Source: Amoebidium appalachense | Lineage: Eukaryota > Protista > Ichthyosporea | DNA length: 64,000 nucleotides | Direction of reading: 5' to 3' | Assembly: GCA_963693365.1 (NCBI GenBank) | Contig: CAVNZM010000003.1 | Span: forward strand, 13,484,414-13,548,413 | Shown: piece after piece, positions 52,131 to 62,354 of the stretch | Position numbering within the stretch: position 1 is the first letter of the stretch | How the letters are laid out: the number at the start of each line of letters is the position of its first letter | Notes under the pieces: model-generated | What the model was told of the DNA's origin: nothing | What the model saw: only the letters and a program-made list of their open reading frames with translations | Databases searched by the model: none | Translations under genes and position numbers: made by a program

Positions 52131-53811
52131 GCCCAAGGGAAGGGATAGGAACTCGTGGACCCAGGAGGGGAAGGGGCAGGGCTCCGGTTGCAGGGAAGGT
52201 CGGAGTCGTCGGGCCCGGGGAAGTTGGTTACGAGAAATGGCATCGGCCAGATGGTTGAGGGGTCCTGGTAGGTAGGATGCCTGTAACGTAAATTGGTATT
52301 GCATTTCCATGCGGGTGATGAACCGAATAAGTTTGGCCATCACGGGGTGGGGGGAAGACCGGGAGTGCAGGTCAGCCACAGCACCCGTGTTGTCGCATAA
52401 AATACGGACATGGTGGGTGGACCAGGAGGGGGCCCAGAGGGCCACGGCGGCTGCGATGGCCAGGAGTTCGATGACGGAAGAACCGAGTTTACCCTCATGA
52501 GCATAGAGGGCTTGGGTGGAGGGGGACCAGGGCATGAAGAACCATTGGTCGAGCCAGTGGCCACCTAGACCCACCGATCCGGCAGCATCAGTGGCCAGGG
52601 TGGTGTATGTGCGGGGTGTGATGAGGTGCACCCCATTCCATGATGTGAGGAACTGGTGCCATTCGGCTATGTCGGCCCGGGCGGCAGCAGTCAGTCGTAT
52701 GTGGTGGTGGCCGGCAAGGTGTGGGTGGGTCCGGAGAAGGGCCCATAGGCGCTGGGAGAAGGCCCTCCCGGGGGGAACCAGCTGGGCACACCAGGTGAGT
52801 TTGCCGAGGAGGGACTGGAGGTCCCGAATGGTGATGGTGGGCTTTGGGTGGGAAGTGAGGTCGAGTAGGTCCGAGAGCTTGGAAGCCGGGATTCGTGCCT
52901 CCATGGCGATGGAGTCGAATTCGATACCGATGAAGACGACACGGGTAGCCGGGACCTGCATCTTGTCTTCGGAGATGGCAATGTGCAGCTCTCGGCAGAG
53001 TTGCAGGAAGGTGGATAGGTGACGTTGGCACTGCTGTTGTGTGGGGGCGACTATAATCCAGTCGTCTACGTAGTGGCGGATGAGGGTAATACCGTGCTGG
53101 TGTGCCAGCCACTGTAGGGTGGCCGCGATCCGTTCCCAGATGGCTGGGCTAGATTTCAGGCCGAAGGGCAGTCTGGTTTCAACGTAAAAATGCCCTTGCC
53201 ATTTGAATGCCATTAAGTGGTGGTCTTCCGGTCGGATGGGCATGTGCCGGAAGGCAGCCTGCACATCTGCCACGGCCATGTAGCAGCCGGGGCCTGCGTC
53301 GAGAATGAGTTGGGTGACATCCCGGGCGCGAATGTACTGAAGTTCGTCGGGGTAGGTGATGCTGTCATTGACACTGCTACCCCGGGGCCAGGAGAGGTGG
53401 TGGATTCGACGGTACTTGGGGGGGTTCCCTTTCTTGGTAACGGCGCCGATGGGGGAGGAACGGTGGACGGGAAATTCGTCAAAGAATTGGGCCGGGGAGA
53501 GGGGGCCGCGCAGGTGGCCGAGGGCGACTTCTTTGGCAATATCCACCGTGATAGCGGCAGCTGCCTCCGGGGTGGTGGGTAGGTTGGGGCCCACCCGAGA
53601 GGTGGAGGGGCCGCGATAGCCGATGTCGACGCCGAATTCGACATCGTGGAGGAGTTGTGCGGCGAATGGTTGGTCCGGGTAGGAGGCCAGCAGTTCCCGG
53701 AGGCGGGAGGTGTCAATGTGGTGCTGGGGCAGCGGGCGGGCCTCCGGGTCTGAGCCTCGGGGGAAGGGGGTGGTTAGCAAGGGTGGTGTACCCTTGGGGA
53801 GATCCCGGCAG

Positions 53812-53884
<73 letters not shown>

Positions 53885-53999
53885 CAGGGCCCCGGGGGGT
53901 TAGAGTAGGGCAGCTGGGCCCAAGTGAGGGTTGGCAGGGAGGGCAGCGGGGCCCTGTGCAGGGGAATGTGCCCGAGCACGCGGGGGTGTGGGCGGACAC
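52128..53999 (-). CDS. pol: Ngaro RT/RNase H
   Basis: 623-aa open frame with YVDD and RNase H motifs; start codon uncertain. Confidence 0.94.
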
Positions 54000-54280
54000 A
54001 GCGGTAGAAGAAGGGGGGGGGGAGGGAGTGCTAAGTGAGTGTAAGGGGGGGGGGGAGGCTCGTGGGATCGGGGGGGGGGGAGTAAAATTATGTGCAGTGG
54101 CCAGAATAAACGTCTTTGTATAGGGACATTTATTCTTGATGCGCGCGGGCGCCGTAGTTGGCCTGCGAAATTTTGCACTCAGCCCTATTGGCCCGTTCTC
54201 CCGAGCTCCGTTTCCCTGTACTCGTGTGTCCTAGCTCCTAACCCCTATGTTCTAGCTGTGTGTGTGGGTGTGCGCGTAGA

Positions 54281-55451
54281 CTAGGCATTGTGCTTGCAGT
54301 CTTTGCGGGGGTGTGTGCCAGAGCAGAGCGGGCACACGTGGGAGAAGGGGCAGGGCTGCTTAGCGCAGGACCGACCGTTAATGTGGAAATTCCTGCAGTG
54401 CGTCGCGGGTAGATCCACGGGTCGGGCCGGTTTTGCCGGGCCGGGTTGCGGGCCAGGGCGGTTAGGGGTGTGACCCCCGCCGGGCTTGTGGGGCGGCTTA
54501 AAGCCGTCAAGACCACAGCCGGGCTTGGGGTACATGGGGCAGGCCGCGCTGGGGTGGTCGGGGAAGCCACAGCGCTGACATGCGTCCTGGATGAGCAGAG
54601 TGGGTGGCAGGAGGAGATCCTGGTGGAGTTGGGCGAGCAGGTTGGGGCACTCGATCGGAGCCCGACCCTGCTGGTGGGCCACGGTGCGGGCGTATACGTC
54701 ATAGTTGTGGATCTGGGCCCACGGGTATCGGGTGCTGAGGCGAGTGATGTGCTGAGTCCAAAGTACGTCTTTGTCCGTGGGAAGGCCGAGGTGGTGCTTG
54801 GCGGCCATGTAATGGGTCCAAGCTTGGATCCAAATGACGAGTGAACGCAGGGGAACGGGTTTGTCTTGGCGAAAAGTCTCGATGCTGCCGTCGTCGGCCA
54901 TGCGCAGATGCTGACCTTTCTTGGATGGGGCCAGGAGGGCGGCGGGGGTGAACTTATACAGGTCGACGAAACGATTGGCGCGCAAATCTGCCAGCACATC
55001 CGCGGGGGGAAGCGGGAGTGTGCCCGGCTGAATGTCGCCAGTGTTCTCACCTGTGATGGGGGGCGCGGGCAGGGCAGGCAGGTCAAGGTCAGGGCCGAGA
55101 TGCAGCCCCGGGGAAACCTCCCCGGGTGTGGAGGGCGCGGCGGGGGGCGCGGGAGGGTCGCGGTTGGTGAGAGCAGCCAGGACGCCAGCCATCTGGGTGC
55201 TGATGGCGCTGAGGGCGGCCAGGACGGTGTCTTGAGAAGTCATCTGCGGGGACGGCGGGGCCTGAGGGGGGACTTCAGGAGTGGAGGGGGAGAGTAGCCG
55301 GCGGGTCCGGGTCCGTGGTGGTATGGGCCGCTGGAGGCGCGTCAGTGTCCGCGGGAGCGTTGGTCAGCCTGTGGCGGAAGTCGCTGCGGGTCAGGCGCTT
55401 AGGTGCCGCGGCAGGGGCGGCGGCTGAGGCCTGGCGCTTTTTCGGCGGCAT
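54281..55451 (-). CDS. gag: Ngaro gag-like ORF (frameshift at a C-run near 55288)
   Basis: Same protein as copies 1 and 2. Confidence 0.87.
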
Positions 55452-55996
55452 GCTGACCGGCGTAGGGAAAGATAGGGAGAATGAAAAGGAAATTGAAAAG
55501 GAATATATAGCTGTAAGGCTGTGGATGCTAAACACAGAAGATGTGTTTGTAGCTTGCTGATCTGCTAAAAACTGTCGTGCTTATATACCTAAGCCTACCG
55601 ATCTGAGCCAATCAAAAATCGATCTAGTGATATGTGAAATCTGATCCGAGCCAATCATAACTCGGTCTAGTGATCTGTGGTATCTGATGTTTTGACTGGC
55701 TAATAAGTGCCCGTGTGCGGGCAGCCAACCGCTAACTGCTAAAACACGAAATGAAGCCTACATGGTTATGTTGGTATCGAACACCCATCCTACGTGTTTA
55801 CCCAGAAAAATATTTATGTCAATAATTTCCACAAATAAAACCCTTCTATAGCGTCTCTACCACAGAAAATCTCTACTCGCAATACATTGGCAATGGATAA
55901 TTGATATTACTTCAGTATTAATCTGGTGTTTTTACGATATTGGCAATAGATAATAGCCTCACAATATTGGCAATACGACGGGGAAGTTTGCTGATG

Positions 55997-56328
55997 CACG
56001 AGATCCATCAACTCGACATCAGCACGGCCTTCCTCAACAGCCCCCTCGACGAGACTTTGTACATGGAGCAACCTCCTGGTTTCATCCTCCGTGGCAACGA
56101 ACACAAAGTCTGGAAACTCAAGAAGGCCCTCTACGGACTCAAACAGGCCTCCCTGGCATGGTACGAGTTCTTCAACTCCATTCTCGTTGCCCACGGCCTC
56201 ACCCGTCTCCGTTCCGATCCGTGTGTCTACTTCCGTCAGTTCCCCAACGGGCACATCATCCGTTCGGGCAACTACGTTGATGATGCCATCATCACCTGCA
56301 CACGGCACTCCACCATCATGCAGGAGCT
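55997..56328 (+). pseudogene. pol: Copia A RT, continuation
   Basis: HQLDISTAFLN, LYGLKQ, SDPCVY, YVDD. Confidence 0.92.
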
Positions 56329-57092
56329 TGTTCTTCACATCACGACGTCTGCCGAGTGCAAGGTCGGTCTGCCAGACATCTTCTGTCATCTTCACTTGAT
56401 TCTCAGCAAGACTTAGAAGTTGAGTTTGGTATTTATTTATTAGTTGTTGTAGTTTGTTTCCTTTTTCCTTTCTTCATTTCTTTCTTTCTTTTCCGTTTCC
56501 GTGTACACGACATCTTAGATCTGTGTACGTATCGACATACTTAGCTCGCGCACACGTATTGTCGTTTGTGTCAAAATCTATATATGTCATCCAATCATAT
56601 CTCGTTTGTATTTTCCCAAATATAGTAACTTACATTCCTTTCTCATTCCTTTCCCACGACGTAGCATTGTGCTATGTTCTTCAACTATTAGGAATAATTA
56701 TATTTAGACGTGTTATGATAAGAACATGTATAAATGTATGTTATGAATTAATAGTTACATAAGTGGTTTCATTTTGTTAAATGTTTCCGTGGTTTTATTA
56801 GAAGTTTCTTTCATTAGAGGATTGAGTTTTATATTCTATGTGTCGACAGACATTTTAATCGATATATTTTACACTCATAGTTTTCGTTCTTTTGATTGGT
56901 TTATCGTTTCACATTCCCAAGTATAAAAGGGACCTCATCTTGAAATAAATCATAAGCAGTCGTATTCACTTCCTATGGTTCCAGAAATCGTTCCTCCTCT
57001 CCGGTTGTGTTTTTCCCGTGTGTCTCTGTGTTGTGTATATCATAACACCCATCTGTGCTCTTTGCTTCTCCGTTTACCCACACAAAATAACA
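56329..57092 (+). repeat. 5' LTR of nested copia family B, followed by PBS GGTTTACGGCCC
   Basis: TGTT..AACA starting where the RT similarity stops; followed by a PBS-like motif and gag; no second copy to confirm the left boundary. Confidence 0.7.
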
Positions 57093-57168
57093 GGTTTACG
57101 GCCCCTTTGCACGCTAACACACAATCTCGCTACAACCGCGAAAATCTCTCAGTCTTACTGCTTCAATC

Positions 57169-57723
57169 ATGACTGACAAACCGTCGTATATCAACCTTCC
57201 AATATGGAATCCGTCCGAGAAACGAGACGAGAAACGTCTTAATTATTTCGAGTGGGAGCCACTCATTCACCGGTTCATTAGAACAACCATTGCCGAGAAA
57301 TTCGTTGACGCTATCAAGAGGCCACAGTGGGTTGACGGCGCTGAAGCCAGCCAGTGGCTAGGCTACACCACCAAGGACTCCTACAAGAAAGCTTCCGACG
57401 TCCTCGACCAGATCCTCAACCAGTCCGTCCACCCGACCGAGCTCTACGACTCCGGCCGGATGCAAGACGGTGTCCACGGTGGTGAAGTCTTCCACAACCT
57501 ACGTATGGCGTATGTAGCAGAGAAGGAGGCCCGAGTCACCCAGATCCAAGTCACCTTCGAGGAGCTTGAACTACGAGACTTCAACACCAAGGACTACATC
57601 AACAGTGGGGACGTCACTGTCACCTACATCGACACCAAGAAGAACCTGGCCGACATCTTCACCAAGCCTCTGGCTGGTCCGGCCCACGACATACACCGTG
57701 CCAACCTCAGTCTCCGTGACTGA
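57169..57723 (+). CDS. In-frame fusion of copia B gag N-terminus to a copia RNase H C-terminus
   Basis: MTDKPSYINLPIW..FEWEPLI resembles the 28651 gag; ends KDYINSGDVTVTYIDTKKNLADIFTKPL. Confidence 0.8.
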   Translation: MTDKPSYINLPIWNPSEKRDEKRLNYFEWEPLIHRFIRTTIAEKFVDAIKRPQWVDGAEASQWLGYTTKDSYKKASDVLDQILNQSVHPTELYDSGRMQDGVHGGEVFHNLRMAYVAEKEARVTQIQVTFEELELRDFNTKDYINSGDVTVTYIDTKKNLADIFTKPLAGPAHDIHRANLSLRD

Positions 57724-58439
57724 CCCGTGCACTGGTGTTCATCATCGAATGGTTTCTGAGTAGGTTGGGGCCCTGGACAGCAGTTGACACACCTACGGTG
57801 CTCAAGATGCCTCCCAACGAAAGTCTACTACTCCTCATCGTTTCTCTTCATCAGTGGGGACTCTGTCTTACATCGTCATGTGTGTGCATCTTCAGTGGGG
57901 ATTATTCTCCACCGTCCGTCGTTTATTTATATTCATATCCCACCATATATATTGGTTTTCTTCTATATTCGACTTTATATATATGTCGAACTGGGATGGC
58001 GACCCAGTATAAATAATTATCTATAGCCTTGCGAGCTGGTTGACTGCCAGTCTAAACCTAGTCCACGGGATGCACCTTCCCCGTGTCTTAACTGGTTGAC
58101 AACCAGTCTATAAATCAGTCCACAAGATGTTCATGCCTTGTGTTTACCTGGGTGGTCCCCAGTATAAAACATTAGCCACCAACACGTCACACATACACTA
58201 GTGTTTCCTCTCTATATACATATCGACGATAACCACCATGATCTATTGTTCCGAGTCTTCCGAGGCAACCGTCGTTGTGTGCCTCTTCAGTTTTGATTTT
58301 CTCCTTCCCACCTCAAGGATCTTCGGTTTGCATCCTCGAGTGGGGAAACTTGAGTGTGACGGCCCCTCATGTGTTTGGACCTCATCTACCGTCACATCAA
58401 CAGACACGAGAACACAAACTTCAACCCCTTGAGTGGGGA

Positions 58440-59315
58440 TGTTGGAATACGTCACCATGTATGACAGCAAGAGCCTTGAAGTATGTATGTGTCTTAGCTT
58501 GTTTGTATTCGTGTCTGCTTTCCTTCTTTGTGCTCTTTCTCTTTTCTCTCTCTCTCTCTCTCTCTCTCCCCCCCCCCCCCCCCCCCCGTATCTCTCTCTC
58601 CCTTGTTTCTGTGAGCACAGATATCTGTAGATCTGTGCACACCTGGCTCTCTTGCCTGATAAGAACTTATTGTATTTTATTTCTGTTTGCTCTCCTCTGT
58701 TTATCTGAGAGGTAGCGTGATTGGCTAGCTACACTCGTTGTCTTTCCTTTATTTCAAAATGGCTTAGTTTTGTTCTCAATAGGATGGCTCGCCAATAGTC
58801 GCGAGCGAGTACATCTGTAGATCGTGTTGTGCATTCCTGTCTATTAATATATGTGTGTTGTGATTGGACAATAGATATATATGGAATTCGGTTTATTGCA
58901 ATGTGTCTTCACTTTGAGAGTGTCGACTATTAGAAAATATATGTATTTAAATGAGTTTCTCTATAGAGACGAATATAACTATATATGTGAGTTAATAGTG
59001 ACTAGATGTATAATTACTTAATTTATTTAAGTAAGAGTTTCTAAACTTTAGTTAAGTCGGAAGTTGGAATGCGTATGCTCTGTCGGAATGTGTTTTTCTA
59101 TCTTCTGATAGAACCGACTGGTTCTCCCTCTTTAGTTGTGATAAGCTGATAAGTCGCAAGTACAAAAAGAACCGAGAGCACAATAAAGGATCAGTTGTTG
59201 TTTGAATCTTTCAATGTCTCGTGAACAACTCCGATTGCCCTCTCATTAATGTGTTAGTCGTGTTTTACATGACACCTCTGTGCACTCTGCTCCCTTAGAC
59301 CCGTACAAAACAACA
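58440..59315 (+). repeat. Copia A 3' LTR (876 bp)
   Basis: PPT TTGAGTGGGGA then TGTTG..CAACA. Confidence 0.88.
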
Positions 59316-59317
59316 GT

Positions 59318-59364
<47 letters not shown>

Positions 59365-61062
59365 AGGAGGGAGGTGGGGGGGTGGGGGGACGGGGAGGCT
59401 CTGATGCCTGTGTCCATAGCGCGAAAACCCGCTAACGCTCGGGGAGGCCTTTTCTGCATTCCGATCTCCTGCCTAATCCGTCAATCCGCTCAAGCCGCTA
59501 ACGTAGAGGAGGGTAACAGAAATCGATTTTTACGCCTGCCTGCCCGGGCTAGACATGCTCAGTCAAACCAATCATATTCCGCAATCTCAAAAAGGTGCAA
59601 AAAAAGCAAGCACGAAGGTATTCATGTGAGCCTCGCCGTGTTCAAGTTATTTATACAGTGCCTGGTAAGGAGATTTGGTTCCACCTCTGAGTGATTAACT
59701 ATAGTTTTTAATAGAGGATATTCAGTTATTTCATTTATTCGAGGCAAGGATGCACCTGGCTAAGCTAAGAATCGTTAGCTAGCTCAGTATGATCATATAC
59801 TAGTACTATGTAATACATCGACCGCCGCTGGCCGGAGTAAATGATAGCCAAGGTGCAGCGGCGCCGTGAGCCGCCGGCCCTACATGCTCAGACAGTGATC
59901 ATCCAGCGGCGGCGTCACTGGCTAAAGTGGCCGGTCGTAGCGGAGGGGCCAAGTTGCATCCTTCATCATCGGGCCCATCTCATTCTCTCCTCCGGTGTCC
60001 AGTGTTGTAATAAAGTATTTTTGCACTACTCCTTGCTGTTGTTTAATTGGTGTATATGTACCGTATGATAAGAAAAAACAAACCTCCTCTATATAACTAT
60101 AATTGGCAACATAAACAACAGAGGGACACCAATGGGTCGGGCCCGTGCGGCCGTGCCTGCATACTCCAAATATGGGCAGTGTAAACAAACACTGGCCCTA
60201 CCCGGTAGAAAGCAGTCCTATGGCGCAGCTGGCCACTCTGTTCATCAGTTACGCCTGAGTAGGGAAGCCTGCGTTTTGGTGTCCCTAACGAAACACATGA
60301 GTAAAGCAGATGGCCTCCACACAGACACATTACTAGCCATGGGTAGCATGGGCTTGGTTTTGGCTGCTCTTCGGAGTGCCCTTTTAGTCCCCAGCATGAG
60401 CATAGTAGGGGCACTATGCCATGCATTACTTCTTTCCACACTTGTTGCATGCACATTTCTGATATGTACGTTACTCTTCCTCTTCATTGCAGGAGCAAGA
60501 AAATACAAATACCACAACACATACACAAATCCTCCAACTCAAATCCAAAAACGGAAATGGCGTTCTCGCCGGACTGCACGTTTCAACATGCACAGGGCCT
60601 GGCGTGGCTGTCTAGATAGCCACGTAGCATCTAAGCGCCCAAAACGTTCACAAACAAAACAAACGCTCATCGCTGCTGTAGTAGTATGTGTTATGCTAGG
60701 GTGTGGGGCAATGTTTTTACCCCTTCTCAGCCAGCCACAATTTCCCTCTATGGGACCCGATCCCCTGTGGCTGTTATATTCACCAAGTCTTCGAAAACAA
60801 CTCGAGCTCCCTTCTCAAACACACAAATCGAAGCAAGTTTTGGCGTGCCGTTGTCATGTGCTGAGCTGATTCGTATTAGTTTGCTTCTATATTTTGTGTT
60901 TTGGTGAGTGAATTTCGGGGGTTTTCTTGCATAGTGATGCCGGGGTCTAAGTGGAGTATGAGGAGATTATTCAGTGGTATGGGGAGAATCTGATGCAGCG
61001 GCGGCTGATTGTTTGGTGCGCGCGTGCATGCCCCATGCCTCTGCGTACTCTCCATGTTAAAT

Positions 61063-61257
61063 GGGGTTTACGCTGTTTACTCGAGGCAAAGAGAACCAGT
61101 CTCAGGTATGGGGGGGGGGGTTTTGCTCGGAATATCCCCTCAGCGGTATATCATGATCACGTACATAGATGTCGGGTGGTGACTATATATCAGGGTTTAC
61201 TTTCTCTACGAGACACCATAAAGACTACAAGGAGAAATCAATTAGTTGGGGTTCCCC

Positions 61258-61292
<35 letters not shown>
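61063..61292 (-). mobile_element. Extremely 5'-truncated LINE end (poly(A) and 196-nt tail only)
   Basis: Near identical to 42231-42426 and, reversed, 25431-25627. Confidence 0.88.
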
Positions 61293-61295
<3 letters not shown>

Positions 61296-61459
61296 TCTTG
61301 CTGTGTGCTTGGCGAGACCCATGTTGCCTGCTCGCGTGTGTGTATGCTTATATGTATTGTGAGTAAACGTGTGTACGTGTTGTAGTGCTGTAGGGGTGTC
61401 TGAGGTGGCGGTAGCCAATGGTGTGGAGTGCGTGTAGTCTGTGGGGGGAGGGAGTGTTG

Positions 61460-62191
61460 TGACATATACTAATCCGTCTCAGCAGATCAGCCTAAGTCTA
61501 CGATCGAGATCGGGGGGGGGGGGGGGGGGGGGGGAGAGGGGGTGGCCCGGGTCCACAGATCATCAAGATCAAGTCCGGGGCCTCAAGATAGCTGTACAGC
61601 TGCGTGCATCTTGCCTCTGCCGGAGCAGGGCAGGACCACGTCAGCTGGAGCAGCCAACCAATAGAATTCTAATTAGTGTGTAGGATAGATCATAGGAGGA
61701 CTTTGGAATGTGATAAGTTCGGGCAGAAGCCCTTTGTAAATATTGGCAAGTTTTGATAGTATATGCTGCCAAACGTATTTATATATATTTCGATGTAGAG
61801 GAAAGAGGGGGGGGGGGGAGGGGGGGGGGGGGAGATAGTATGAAATGTAGAATTAGACTCTGCGGTGCCACAAGGGGAAGGGAGAGGGGTGAGACTTGGA
61901 TAAATATATTAGTGTGAGCCGATCGACTTAGCTCGTCCAGGCGCACGATAGAGTTAGATCGGAATGTATGGAATGTGGCATCGTAGGGGGACCAGGTGAT
62001 GATGATCTTGTAGGGCACGGCCTTGATGGCCTCAGTTGTGACTTAGCCTCATTCCGTTTGGACCTAAGTTTGCCCGTCGGAGTATGGTCTTAATAAACTT
62101 TACCGTTTTTCAGTACACGTTCGTTCCTTTCCGTGTGTGTACACTTAGTAGAGTGCCGCGTCTCTTAATACATACACGTTAGGATACGACA
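61460..62191 (+). repeat. Gypsy LTR preceding gag
   Basis: Homologous to 13428-14149. Confidence 0.88.
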
Positions 62192-62354
62192 AGCTACACC
62201 TTTTCTTTTAGTGCGGTTTTTCGCGCTAGGTAAACGCGGTGACAGTTCCTCTGTTGCTACACCTCAGAAACACAACAAAAAAAAAAAAAACAAAAAAAAA
62301 AAAAAAAAAAAAAAAACACAAACACAACCACACGGGTAGGGCACACACAACACC

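Larger units (their letters stand above)
50344..55842 (-). mobile_element. Ngaro copy 3, most intact
   Basis: Complete A1-gag-RT/RH-YR-B1-A2-spacer-B2; no TSD. Confidence 0.95.
31841..55996. mobile_element. Large non-autonomous TIR DNA transposon (CMC/EnSpm-like)
   Basis: Perfect 16-bp TIR CATCAGCAAACTTCCC..GGGAAGTTTGCTGATG, 2-bp TSD CA, subterminal TATTGCCAA/TTGGCAATA repeats; empty site restores copia RT QQD-HEIHQLD. Confidence 0.88.
28164..59315 (+). mobile_element. Ty1/copia family A, split by nested insertions
   Basis: Partial 5' LTR 28164-28532 matches the 3' part of LTR 58440-59315; RT frame continues across the 31841-55996 insertion. Confidence 0.85.

Noticed and set aside
50344-55842. 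DIRS1-type element with inverted terminal repeats and methyltransferase domain
   Set aside because: Repeats are split and direct, and no methyltransferase domain follows RNase H
60132-60869. 245-aa ORF with hydrophobic stretches as a membrane protein
   Set aside because: No recognisable motif or supporting context; cannot be supported
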